In this document: positions 29,146 through 38,459 of the stretch, in pieces | Numbering within the stretch: position 1 is the stretch's first letter | Layout: each line of letters starts with the position of its first letter | Virus record (IMG/VR): IMGVR_UViG_2896115756_000003 | Coordinates: 2,869-66,868 of that record | Length of the DNA stretch: 64,000 bases | Origin: a virus | Lineage: Duplodnaviria; Caudoviricetes | Direction: 5' to 3' (one strand) | Notes under the pieces: model-generated | What the model saw: only the letters and a program-made list of their open reading frames with translations | Told to the model about the DNA's origin: nothing | Database searches by the model: none | Translations under genes and position numbers: made by a program

Positions 29146-29706
29146 ATGGAGAACAACCCTGACCAGCAGTTGGTGTGGGTTCCGGTCCCGGGCGGCATCT
29201 GCCTGTTCGGCGACCGGCAGCGCCGGGTGAAGGTGCCAGACCTCGAATGGACAGTCACCCCGCTCACCTTGGCCCAGGCCGGGCAGGGCGGCGGTGCGCT
29301 CCCGCTGACCGGCCTGGTCCACGCACAGGCCGCCCGGCTGGCAGCCGACCTCGGCGGGCGGCTACCCCGCTCCTCAGAGTGGGAGTGGGCGGCTTCCGGC
29401 CCCGGCCGCAGGCTCTACCCGTGGGGCGGCGAGGAGCCCGGCCCCGGCAGGGCGAACTTGCGCGGCGGCCCCGGCCGGCTGACCGCGGTGGACGCCCATC
29501 CGGACGGAGTGACGCAGCAGGGCCTACTCGACATGGGCGGTAACTGCTGGGAGTGGACCTCATCTCCGACCATCGGCGGCGGCTTCATCATCCGGGGAGG
29601 CTCCTACAACTCCCTGTCCCTGTACGCCCGGTGCACGTTCCTGAACGCGGCTCCGGCCGAGCTGGGCTCCGCAGGCATCGGCGTGCGGGTGGTGAGGGCG
29701 ACATGA
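29146..29706 (+). CDS. Formylglycine-generating enzyme-like (SUMF1/CLec fold) protein
   Basis: RLPRSSEWEWAA, YPWG, GLLDMGGNCWEWT, IRGGSY and IGVRVV motifs. Confidence 0.9.
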   Translation: MENNPDQQLVWVPVPGGICLFGDRQRRVKVPDLEWTVTPLTLAQAGQGGGALPLTGLVHAQAARLAADLGGRLPRSSEWEWAASGPGRRLYPWGGEEPGPGRANLRGGPGRLTAVDAHPDGVTQQGLLDMGGNCWEWTSSPTIGGGFIIRGGSYNSLSLYARCTFLNAAPAELGSAGIGVRVVRAT

Positions 29707-30146
29707 TCAGGGACCTGGTGATCGCGGGTTGCTCCCGTCGCAAGGCACCGGAGCGCAGGCCGCTGCCCGCGTTGGAGCGGTACACCGGCGGTATCGCCCC
29801 GCACTTGCGGACGAGATTCGCCGGCCATCGGCAGGCGCGGGAGCGCATCCGCTTCCTGTCGGCCGAGCACGGGCTCATCCGCGCCGACGCCCTGCTCACC
29901 TCGTACGACCGGCAGCTGACGGTCGCGCGTGCCGAACGGCTGCGCCCACTCATTGCCGAGCAACTGGAGCACGAGTTCCAGAACCGGGGAGTCCCCGAGC
30001 GAGTTCTACTCGTGCTGGAGCCCGCGTACCTGGTGCCGCTCGCCGACCTGCTCGCCCACCCAGCACGGCCCGCCCTGCAATGGATTTACGACCCGCGCGG
30101 TTGGGCCGAGGCCGCCGCCGTCCTCGACGAATGGAGGTGGCCGTGA
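29703..30146 (+). CDS. DUF6884/YaaA-like protein
   Basis: IAGCSRRK..PALERYTG, FLSAEHGLI and SYD..L motifs. Confidence 0.7.
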   Translation: MIRDLVIAGCSRRKAPERRPLPALERYTGGIAPHLRTRFAGHRQARERIRFLSAEHGLIRADALLTSYDRQLTVARAERLRPLIAEQLEHEFQNRGVPERVLLVLEPAYLVPLADLLAHPARPALQWIYDPRGWAEAAAVLDEWRWP

Positions 30147-31177
30147 CCGCCACGCTCGCGGATACGCTCAAGACGCGCTCCAACGACCACAGTTACATCA
30201 CCGGTGGGTTCTACGGCGGTACCAGGGTTGGCTGGCACCAGCCGACTCCAGCAGCGGCCGCCGAAGGCCGTCCGCTGTCGGTGGTGCTCCCGGCCCACAA
30301 CACCGCATACGCCCTGCCGACGGTGCTGGACGCGCTCGCCGCGCAGCACACCGCCGGGCCGGTGGATGTGATCGTCGTGGACGACGCCTCCACCGACAAC
30401 ACCTTCGAGATTGCCCGTCGGCACCCCGTGGTCACCACCGCCGTGCGGTTGGCGACCCGGTCCGGCTCGGCCGGTGCCCGCAACGTCGGCGCCCGCCTCG
30501 CCCAAGCGGAGAACCTGCTGTTCGTGGACTCGGACATGGTGCTGCCCTCGCACGTGCTCGCGGACTTCGCCGCCCGTGCCCGGCCCGAGACCGTGCTGAC
30601 CGGCTTCCGCCACAACCTTCCCTTCCTGCGCACCGCGTGCGGGCCGATGCTGCCCGAGAACCCGCCGCAGCTGGCCGCCGACCACCGCGTCACCTGGACG
30701 CCGCCGATCAACACCCTGCTGCCGTACTCCGGCATCACGCTCACCGAGCCGCTGCACGGCCGACCGCTTGATGCCACCGACGACTTCCAGAACCTCGGGT
30801 ACGGCCGGTTCTACTACGACTGGGACCTGCCCCGGATGGCTGTCACCGCGCTGCTCGGCGTCCCCCGCGAGCGCCTCGTGGACGTCGGCGGCTTCGACGA
30901 GGAGTTCGGCCGGATCGGCTGGGGCATGGAGGACACCTACCTGGGTGCCGCGCTGATTGCCGCTCGCTGCCTGGTCGTCCCGCTGCGTCAGGCCGTCGGC
31001 TACCACCTCGACCCGCCAGACGCCGCCGCCCAGTGGCAGACCAAGCTCGCCGCCTGGCCCGCCACCCTCGCCCACTACCGGACCCTGCTCGCCCAGCCGG
31101 CCCCCACCGGGCGAGGGCGCGACTTCGCTGCTGCCACCGACAAGCTCCTGACCGACGCCGAGGTGATCACCGCATGA
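30143..31177 (+). CDS. Glycosyltransferase family 2
   Basis: SVVLPAHN, VVDDASTD, ARNVG, FVDSD and GGFDEEF..WGMED motifs. Confidence 0.92.
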   Translation: MTATLADTLKTRSNDHSYITGGFYGGTRVGWHQPTPAAAAEGRPLSVVLPAHNTAYALPTVLDALAAQHTAGPVDVIVVDDASTDNTFEIARRHPVVTTAVRLATRSGSAGARNVGARLAQAENLLFVDSDMVLPSHVLADFAARARPETVLTGFRHNLPFLRTACGPMLPENPPQLAADHRVTWTPPINTLLPYSGITLTEPLHGRPLDATDDFQNLGYGRFYYDWDLPRMAVTALLGVPRERLVDVGGFDEEFGRIGWGMEDTYLGAALIAARCLVVPLRQAVGYHLDPPDAAAQWQTKLAAWPATLAHYRTLLAQPAPTGRGRDFAAATDKLLTDAEVITA

Positions 31178-32121
31178 TCCGCACGTTCGCCGCCGCCGAC
31201 ATCCACGGCACCACCGTCGTCCACGACCCGGCCACCGGCACCAACCACCTGCCGGCGCGGCCGTTGCCGCCCGGACCCCTCGGCCTGGATGAGCAGGAGG
31301 TCGCGGCCTGGCCCGAGGCCATGCACGGCCAGCTCAAGCCGACCGCGCCGCTGAGCATGTGCTGGTCGCCGATCGTGCGGTGCAACCTCACCTGCCCGCA
31401 GTGCCTGGACGACAAGCGCGTGCGCGAGTCCACCGCCGAGGAGCGTCGCACCCTGGCCAGGCACATCGGCGAGTCCGGGATCTTGGGCGTGGACATCTCC
31501 GGCGGAGAGCCGCTGCTGTTGCGCGACCTGCCCGACCTCGCCCTGGCGATCCGCGCCGGCCGCCAGGCGGTGGTCAGCTGCACCACCAACGGCTGGCACC
31601 TGGCCAGGCGCGCCCCCGAGCTGGCCCCCGCGCTCGACGCCATCCGCATCTCACTGGACGGCGCCACCGAGGCCACCCACGACGCTTGGCGCGGAGCCGA
31701 GAGCTACAGCCGGGCGATCGACGGCACCCGTGCCGCAGTCGGCGAGGGTCTGCGGGTCCAGTTCCAGATGGTGCTGATGCGCTCCAACCAGCACGAGGCG
31801 CAGGCCCTGCTGGAGTTGGCCGCGCAGCTCGGCGTCGGCGGCGTGACCTTCCTGCAGATGCTGCCCATCGGCGAAGGCAAGGCCATCGCCGAACAGCAGA
31901 TGCTCACCGACGACCAGGCCACCGCCGCCATCGAAGCCCTCACCGTCCCCGATGGGCTGCGGGTGCGGCTTCGTACCCGCGACAGCGCCGACGGCTTCAC
32001 GGTGCTGCGTGCTGACGGCTACGCATGGCGCAATACCGGTGGCGCCACCGGCATCGCCGCGTTCATCCCCGTCACCGGCCCCCAGGATCTGCACCTGCCC
32101 ACCGCCCGGAGCGCATCGTGA
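31174..32121 (+). CDS. Radical SAM protein
   Basis: CNLTCPQC, ISGGEPLL, TTNG and ISLDG motifs. Confidence 0.92.
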   Translation: MIRTFAAADIHGTTVVHDPATGTNHLPARPLPPGPLGLDEQEVAAWPEAMHGQLKPTAPLSMCWSPIVRCNLTCPQCLDDKRVRESTAEERRTLARHIGESGILGVDISGGEPLLLRDLPDLALAIRAGRQAVVSCTTNGWHLARRAPELAPALDAIRISLDGATEATHDAWRGAESYSRAIDGTRAAVGEGLRVQFQMVLMRSNQHEAQALLELAAQLGVGGVTFLQMLPIGEGKAIAEQQMLTDDQATAAIEALTVPDGLRVRLRTRDSADGFTVLRADGYAWRNTGGATGIAAFIPVTGPQDLHLPTARSAS

Positions 32122-32675
32122 CCGACACCGCCCAGCAGCCCGCTGGCGGGCAGCGCCTCTTCGCCCGCACTGCGCCCTACGTCCCCACCCTCTACCAGTG
32201 CTACGCCGCCGCCCGCCTCATCGCCGAGTCCGTGGTCGGATGCGAGCCACCGGTGACCGCGGTTGTCGGCATCGCCAACGGTGGCACCAGGCCAGCCACC
32301 GTGATCGCCGACTACCTCAAGGTCCCGCTGCACCTCATCATCGCTCGGCACAACCCGACGGACGAGCTCTGGCAGCAGGCCACCGGCGATGTCACCGTGA
32401 CCCTACCTGGCGGTCTGCCAAGGCAGTTCGACGGCACCGTGCTGCTGGTCGACGACATCGCTGGGTCCGGCGCCACCTTCACGGCCGTCTCCCGCGCCCT
32501 GCTCGGTACCGGGGCCGTACTGAAGACCGCGGCGCTGTGCCGCAATGCCGGCTGCGCCGAAGGCCCCGACCGCTGGGTCTGGGACGTGGACGACTGGGTC
32601 GTTTTCCCCTGGGAGGCAACCCACTCCGGCGAGACCCGGCAGCTGCCGGTGCCGAAGGAGGTGGCGACCCGGTGA
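32118..32675 (+). CDS. Type I phosphoribosyltransferase
   Basis: GIANGG, VLLVDDIAGSGAT PRPP-binding loop and WVVFPWE (purine PRTase-like). Confidence 0.92.
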   Translation: MTDTAQQPAGGQRLFARTAPYVPTLYQCYAAARLIAESVVGCEPPVTAVVGIANGGTRPATVIADYLKVPLHLIIARHNPTDELWQQATGDVTVTLPGGLPRQFDGTVLLVDDIAGSGATFTAVSRALLGTGAVLKTAALCRNAGCAEGPDRWVWDVDDWVVFPWEATHSGETRQLPVPKEVATR

Positions 32676-33811
32676 CCACGAGCGCCACGTCCCGTGGCGT
32701 GCTGCTTGTCCTCGTATCCTGGGCGCCCGACGCCCCCGCCGGCATCGAACGCGCCACAGCTGCCCTCGCTCTGGGCCTCGCCCAAGCAGGGCACCGCCCC
32801 GTCATCGCCACCGCCGCCCCACTGCCTGACCGGCCTGGCCTGCCGGGCGTGCGGGTGGAGCGGCTGCACCTGGCCGGGGTGACGTTCCCCTGCGACGACG
32901 AGACCCTGCGCCGCGCTATCACCTGGCAGGACAATGACCTCTGCCAGCAGATCCGCGAGCTGATCACCCAGCACCGGACTGACACCGTCCTGTTCGCCGA
33001 CGCGCTGTGGGGACTCGGTCGCCTGAGCGGTGACCTCCCAGGCCACGTTCACCGTGTCCTGGCCGCCCACGTCCAGCCCGCCACCCTGGACGCCGGCCCG
33101 GCGCTGGCCAGGGCGAGCCACGTCATCGTCCCCTCCGCCTTCATCCACGAGCAGCTGGAGCTGGCAGGATGGGCGCTGCCGGCTACGAGAATCGTGCCCA
33201 ACGCCTTGCTGTCCGGCCCGGCAGTTGCCGCGCCCAGCAGTGCACGGCGCGAGGAGCTGCGCCGCAGCGGCCCGGTCAGGGTCCTGGCCCGGCTCGGGGC
33301 GGAGAAGGGCGTGGCCGAACTCCTCGAAGCCGCCGCCGGCTGGGACCGTCCGCTGGACGTTGCGCTCGCCGAAGCCGGATTCGAGGACGCCACAGGCTCC
33401 CAGGCCACGCTGCTGGCCCACTGCCGGACGCTGGCCGTCCAGCACTCGAACGTCCGACTTCGTGGCGCGCTCGCCTGGCAGGAGGTGCTTGGCTGGCTCG
33501 CGGACGCCGCTGTGGTGATCGTTCCGAGCCACCGGGAAACCTTCGGCCTGGTCGCGCTGGAGGCCATGAGCGTCGGAACTCCAGTCGTCGCCTACCGCGT
33601 CGGCAACCTGCCCGCGCTCATCGAGCCGACGGGGCACGGCGAACACCTGCTCGTGCCGCGCGACGCGGGCCCTAACGCCCTCCACAAGGCGGCACAGACC
33701 CTCCTGGAAGATGACATACTGTACGGCGCGACTACACAGACCGTGTACCGGCGGGCCCAGGACTTCACGCCCTACCGGATCGCCAACCTCTTCTTGGAGG
33801 CGATCTCGTGA
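32672..33811 (+). CDS. Glycosyltransferase family 4
   Basis: RLGAEKG and PSHRETFGLVALEAMSVGTPVV motifs. Confidence 0.92.
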   Translation: MTTSATSRGVLLVLVSWAPDAPAGIERATAALALGLAQAGHRPVIATAAPLPDRPGLPGVRVERLHLAGVTFPCDDETLRRAITWQDNDLCQQIRELITQHRTDTVLFADALWGLGRLSGDLPGHVHRVLAAHVQPATLDAGPALARASHVIVPSAFIHEQLELAGWALPATRIVPNALLSGPAVAAPSSARREELRRSGPVRVLARLGAEKGVAELLEAAAGWDRPLDVALAEAGFEDATGSQATLLAHCRTLAVQHSNVRLRGALAWQEVLGWLADAAVVIVPSHRETFGLVALEAMSVGTPVVAYRVGNLPALIEPTGHGEHLLVPRDAGPNALHKAAQTLLEDDILYGATTQTVYRRAQDFTPYRIANLFLEAIS

Positions 33812-34674
33812 TGCCCGCATCCACCACCGGCCCCGCCCCGCTCCTGCTCGTGGACGGCTTCAACGTCTTGTGGGCCGGAACCTTCGGCTTCCCCGCCGAG
33901 GTGCGCTCCCGCGACAAGACCCGTGAACTCACCGGCCTGTTCGCGTTCTTCGCCCTGCTGCGCGCCACGATCCGCGACGACCTCGATGTGGACCCACCTG
34001 AGGTCGTAGTTGTCTTCGACGGGGAACACGGCACCGCTGATCGCGTGGCCGCCGACCAGGGCTACAAGGCCAACCGCGAGGCGACCCCTGAAGCCCTCAA
34101 GCCGCTGCAGTTCCTCGCCCCGGTCAAGGAGGGCCTGGACCAGCACGGTATCCGTTGGGTCGAACTGCCAGATCAAGAGGCGGACGACGTGATCGCCACC
34201 CTCACCACACGGGCCGCCCAGACCCGACCGGTGCGGATCATGTCCCGCGACGCCGACTACTACCAGCTGCTCACCGACCAGATCCGCATCATCAATCGAT
34301 CCCGCAAGGCGACCCGGCGGCTCATCACCACCGCCGAAGTCATCGAACGCTACGGCGTCACCCCCACACAGTGGCCGGACTTCCGCGCCCTGACCGGCGA
34401 CAAGTCCGACAACATTCCTGGCGTCAGGGGAGTCGGCGCCAAAGTCGCCTCCCAACTCCTTCGCGACAACATCGCGTTGGATGACCTGCCGACCTCGGGT
34501 CGACTGGCCGGCGCCAAGGGTAAGGCGATCATCGCGAGCTGGGGCGACGTCTTGCGCTGGCGCGACGTGATCACGATGCAGCGCGACCTCGATGTGCCGC
34601 TCATCCCTACGGGCGAGGTCAGCCCCCAACTACCCAAGCCCGCTGAGGTGGTGGAGAAACTGGGGCTGTGGTGA
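33808..34674 (+). CDS. 5'-3' exonuclease / flap endonuclease (PolI N-terminal-like)
   Basis: LLVDG, VVFDG, YKANR, EADDVIATL and LTGDKSDNIPGVRGVG motifs. Confidence 0.93.
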   Translation: MMPASTTGPAPLLLVDGFNVLWAGTFGFPAEVRSRDKTRELTGLFAFFALLRATIRDDLDVDPPEVVVVFDGEHGTADRVAADQGYKANREATPEALKPLQFLAPVKEGLDQHGIRWVELPDQEADDVIATLTTRAAQTRPVRIMSRDADYYQLLTDQIRIINRSRKATRRLITTAEVIERYGVTPTQWPDFRALTGDKSDNIPGVRGVGAKVASQLLRDNIALDDLPTSGRLAGAKGKAIIASWGDVLRWRDVITMQRDLDVPLIPTGEVSPQLPKPAEVVEKLGLW

Positions 34675-35282
34675 GCGCCCCTGGTTCGATCCTGGCCCTC
34701 TTCGCGCACCCCGACGACGCCGAACTCTGGGCAGGTGCCACTCTGGCCCACCATGCCGCCCACGCCCGGGTCACCGTCGCTGTTCCCCACCGGGACGCCG
34801 TTCGGGATGCCGAGGCCGTCGCAAGTGCCGCGGTGCTCGGCGCCGACCTGCGTCAGCTTCCCGTCCTCGATGCCCCGGCGGTTCATGCCCTGCTCATGGA
34901 CACCGAGCCCGACATCGTCATCACCCACCCGCTGCGCGACGTGCACCCCGAGCACCGGGCCGTCGCCGAAGCCGTCCTCACGGCCCTGCCTGAACCGGTG
35001 ATCGCCACCGGCCTTCCGAGCAGGCTCTACACCTGCGACACCTACAACTCGCTCACTCTGGACGGTCCGCTGCGGGCCGACACCATCGTGGACGCAACTG
35101 CCACGTTCCCCACCAAGATCCGGGCGCTGAAGGCCCACGCCTCCCAGCCAATCGCCGAGCACTTCGGCCCGATGGCCGAACACCTCGGCCGACTCTGGGG
35201 TGCCCGGATCGGCGCCGACTACGCCGAAGCGTTCACCGCCCTGCCCATCCTCGGTCGCCTGCCTGCGGCCACCCAGCTCTGA
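34671..35282 (+). CDS. PIG-L/LmbE family deacetylase
   Basis: AHPDDAE, HPEH, KIRAL.AHASQ and YAEAF motifs. Confidence 0.9.
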   Translation: MSAPGSILALFAHPDDAELWAGATLAHHAAHARVTVAVPHRDAVRDAEAVASAAVLGADLRQLPVLDAPAVHALLMDTEPDIVITHPLRDVHPEHRAVAEAVLTALPEPVIATGLPSRLYTCDTYNSLTLDGPLRADTIVDATATFPTKIRALKAHASQPIAEHFGPMAEHLGRLWGARIGADYAEAFTALPILGRLPAATQL

Positions 35283-35384
35283 CCACACCATCGTCCGAGC
35301 CGAAATCGGGTCGACCCCACGCCGGGCCGCCACCGGTATCCGTCATGCAATGGCCTCAACCGTCATGCCCTGAAAGGGGAAACC

Positions 35385-35975
35385 ATGGCATCCATACCAA
35401 CTCCCACCCGCCGCCCTGTCGATACCGGGCGCGTCGAACACCTCACCCGCGAACTGCTCGTCGCTCTCGGCGAGGACCCCGACCGCGAGGGCCTGGCCGA
35501 CACGCCACGCCGGGTCGCCGCGTGGTGGACGGACTTCCTCGACCGCGACCACGGCACACTCGGCACCACCTTCACCCACAGCACCACCCACGACGACTTC
35601 GTCCTGCTGCGCGGCATTGAGGTCTGGAGCCTGTGCGAGCACCACCTGCTCCCGTTCCGTCTCACCGTCTCCATCGCCTACGTTCCCCAAGCACAGGTCC
35701 TCGGCTTGTCCAAGCTCGTCCGTCAACTCCGAGTCCACGCCCACGCGTTGCAGCTCCAGGAGCGCATCACCGCTGACGTCGCCGGCGACCTTGCCAAGGC
35801 CGCCGGCACGGACGACGTCGCGGTCTACGCCGAGGGCGAGCATCTGTGCATGAGCATGCGTGGCGTCGAGACGGGATCGGTGCGGACCGTCACGTCCTGC
35901 CGTCTCGGCCGTACCGCCAGCGACCCCGAACTGGCCGCCCGGATTGAGCGGTTGGCTCTTGCATCTGCTCGATAG
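35385..35975 (+). CDS. folE: GTP cyclohydrolase I
   Basis: GEDPDREGL.DTP.RV, SLCEHHLLPF, GLSKL, QLQERIT and HLCMSMRG motifs. Confidence 0.95.
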   Translation: MASIPTPTRRPVDTGRVEHLTRELLVALGEDPDREGLADTPRRVAAWWTDFLDRDHGTLGTTFTHSTTHDDFVLLRGIEVWSLCEHHLLPFRLTVSIAYVPQAQVLGLSKLVRQLRVHAHALQLQERITADVAGDLAKAAGTDDVAVYAEGEHLCMSMRGVETGSVRTVTSCRLGRTASDPELAARIERLALASAR

Positions 35976-36057
35976 GCGCTCGGCGAAGCCTCGTCCCATC
36001 CTGGTGCTGGCGCGCCGGTCCGGTGGAGTGTCAGCTGCGATTCCTACGCTCAGAGCC

Positions 36058-36522
36058 ATGACTACCCCCACACCCATGGCCACGGTCGACGCTGGCGGGC
36101 TGCTGCCCGCCAGCGTTGCTGGTTTGGTCGAACGACGACTCCTGACCGACATCGTGCGCATCTACCGAGCGGGTGCACCCGTCCTCAACCCGGACACCGG
36201 CCAGATGGAACCCGGCCCGGACACCGTCATCTGGGAGGGGCCCGGAGCGCACAAACCCGCTGGAGGCCCTGGGCTGGTCCTGCGCCTGGAAGGCCAGGCG
36301 TACAAGGACGACGGGGACTCCCGGTACATCCTGTTCACTCCGCTGTCCGCCCCGGCCGCTCAGGTGGGCGACATGGTCACCGTCGTGCACAGCGATGACA
36401 GCGCGGCGGTCGGCCGGGTGTGGCGCGCCATGGATCCGGGCGAGTCCGGCACCGTGCAGGTCGTGCGGTCCACCTGGATGCGAATCGAACACGTCGCGTC
36501 GGCTCCGGGTGGTGCTTCGTGA
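36058..36522 (+). CDS. Head-closure-like protein (DUF6093-like)
   Basis: D.VRIYR...LNPDTG...IWEGPG. Confidence 0.65.
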   Translation: MTTPTPMATVDAGGLLPASVAGLVERRLLTDIVRIYRAGAPVLNPDTGQMEPGPDTVIWEGPGAHKPAGGPGLVLRLEGQAYKDDGDSRYILFTPLSAPAAQVGDMVTVVHSDDSAAVGRVWRAMDPGESGTVQVVRSTWMRIEHVASAPGGAS

Positions 36523-36941
36523 CGGTACCTGTGGACCTGGGTGCGGTGCGCCAGCACCTGGAGACAACGGTGATGGTGGACCGGGTGCGGATCAGCCGCC
36601 CGACCGGCATCGCCGTGCTGGATCCGGAGACCGGTCTTGTTGGGCCGGTGCCCGTGGTGCTCGTATGGGAGGGGCCCGGAGCGGTGCTCTCGGCGCATGG
36701 CCTGACGACGGTCGAGCAGTTGGTGGGCGGCAAGTGGCTGGATGGCTCCGCGAGTTGGTATGGCTTGGTGACGCCGCTGTCTGCGTCGCTGCCGCAGCGC
36801 GGCGATCTGGTGTCCGTCGTATCGGCGGCGTCGGCGACGGCCGGAACGGTAGGTCGCACCTGGCAGGTGCTGGATCCTGCGGAGGCCAGCACCGTGGAAG
36901 TGGCTCGTGTGACTCGTCTTGACGAGATCACCGGTCCATGA
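36519..36941 (+). CDS. Head-closure-like protein (DUF6093-like), paralog of the preceding gene
   Basis: DRVRISR...LDPETG...VWEGPG. Confidence 0.65.
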   Translation: MTVPVDLGAVRQHLETTVMVDRVRISRPTGIAVLDPETGLVGPVPVVLVWEGPGAVLSAHGLTTVEQLVGGKWLDGSASWYGLVTPLSASLPQRGDLVSVVSAASATAGTVGRTWQVLDPAEASTVEVARVTRLDEITGP

Positions 36942-36984
36942 GTTTCCGAATCTGGAAGCACCGCGACCGAGTACGGTCGGCAGC

Positions 36985-37557
36985 ATGACGCACACCTTCG
37001 CAAATCCCGCCGACGCTGCCGAAGCGATGATCCAGCAGGTCTTGGAGCTGCGCCACCGCGTGGTGCAGAGCCGGTTGGACGCTGTCGGGTTTGGGCGCAC
37101 CAGCGCCACGTTCCACGGCGCGGAGCAGGTGACGAGCGCCATGCGGGAGGACGCTATCCTCCAGTGCCTTGGGTTCGTATTGGGGGCCACGGACGAGGCT
37201 TCCGTCGATGCCTTCGTCGAGGCCTGGGCCGTGAGAGCCGGTGTAGACCTTGGCGATGCTGCGGTGCGTATCCGGGAGATGCCGACTGCGGGTGACTTGT
37301 ACGACCAGCAGGCCAAGGAGCAGGTGCTTGAATCGCTCCGCGACGCAGGTGAAGACGGCTTGTCGAAGACGAGGTTTCTCCAATTGCTCTCCGCTGACCG
37401 CCTCGCGTTCGGCCGTGGGGGTGAGGACAGTCGCTGGCTTCGACAGTGGCTTCGCGAAGGTGTAGTGATTGAGCGTCAGCGCGGGCGCGGCACGAACTAC
37501 GTGCATCGAGAGTTCAGCATTTTCCGTGCTCCGGCCTCGGAGTCAGGCAAGCCGTAG
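36985..37557 (+). CDS. Hypothetical protein (moron; possible C-terminal wHTH)
   Basis: TACGGT hexamer 7 nt before ATG; weaker GC3 bias than neighbours. Confidence 0.6.
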   Translation: MTHTFANPADAAEAMIQQVLELRHRVVQSRLDAVGFGRTSATFHGAEQVTSAMREDAILQCLGFVLGATDEASVDAFVEAWAVRAGVDLGDAAVRIREMPTAGDLYDQQAKEQVLESLRDAGEDGLSKTRFLQLLSADRLAFGRGGEDSRWLRQWLREGVVIERQRGRGTNYVHREFSIFRAPASESGKP

Positions 37558-37623
37558 CCAGTAGTGCGGACCGCTGATGATCGTGACCGAGCTGTGTCGG
37601 TTGCGCTGCCTAGGGTCGTCGGT

Positions 37624-38019
37624 ATGAGTACTGACACGCAGGTGCCGAGCCGGGTGCGGATCACTGCATCCGGCCTGGACTCCTCGCTGACGATCGACGG
37701 GCACGATGTGTCCGATCAGGTCCGCTCCTACACGCTGCACCACCAGGCGGGGCAGGTGCCTCAACTCGCGCTGTTGCTCGGACCCTCTGCGGCAGATCAT
37801 TGGGAGGGCGTAGCCAAGGTAGTGGTCGGCGTTCCGCCGGACCCGGGTCCGGCTGCTGCCTCCTTTCTGGAGGCGATCGACGCGGGCGAGCTGGAGCGGA
37901 CCGTACTGAACCGGCACGACCTGATGGATGGGCAGCCGGGGGAGTACACCCGGGCCGTGCTGGCGCAGCTGACCGAGTGGGCAGCAGGCCGGTGGGGGCT
38001 GCTGGAGGAGATCGCTTGA
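37624..38019 (+). CDS. Hypothetical phage protein
   Basis: ORF within the head-tail region. Confidence 0.6.
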   Translation: MSTDTQVPSRVRITASGLDSSLTIDGHDVSDQVRSYTLHHQAGQVPQLALLLGPSAADHWEGVAKVVVGVPPDPGPAAASFLEAIDAGELERTVLNRHDLMDGQPGEYTRAVLAQLTEWAAGRWGLLEEIA

Positions 38020-38459
38020 TGGCCTCGCCTGTGAACCCGCACCCGAACGCGCACCCGTCAGCCGGGGCGTACAGCAACGGCGCGCAGCTGGCGGTCCAGT
38101 TGGAGGCGCGGGCTGCCGCGCTGCTCCCTGCGGCCGTTGCGGTGGTGCGGCATCATGCGATGCTGCTGGAGACTGCGATCAAGGCGCAGGCGTCCGGCCG
38201 GCCGGGCCCGAACGCGGTGACGGGCGACTACCGGCGGTCCTGGACGCACGAGGTGCGCACCGTGTCAGGTGGGGTGGAGGCGGTAGTCGGGACGAACAAG
38301 CCTCAGGCCCGTCGTCTGGAGTTCGGGTTCGTCGGCCCGGACATTCTGGACAGGGTCTTCCACCAGCCGCCCTACCCGCACGTTGCTCCGGCCGTGGCCC
38401 AGATCGAGCCGCTGTTCACCGCTGCCATGGCCCGGCTTGCCGAAGGGAGCGGTCAGTGA
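38019..38459 (+). CDS. HK97 gp10-like neck/tail-completion protein
   Basis: TGDYRRSW, VGTNKPQARRLEFG and PYPH..PA motifs. Confidence 0.8.
   Translation: MASPVNPHPNAHPSAGAYSNGAQLAVQLEARAAALLPAAVAVVRHHAMLLETAIKAQASGRPGPNAVTGDYRRSWTHEVRTVSGGVEAVVGTNKPQARRLEFGFVGPDILDRVFHQPPYPHVAPAVAQIEPLFTAAMARLAEGSGQ

Noticed and set aside
28192-29706. Canonical diversity-generating retroelement
   Set aside because: No TR/VR repeat pair with adenine-specific mismatches and no avd-like gene visible in the window
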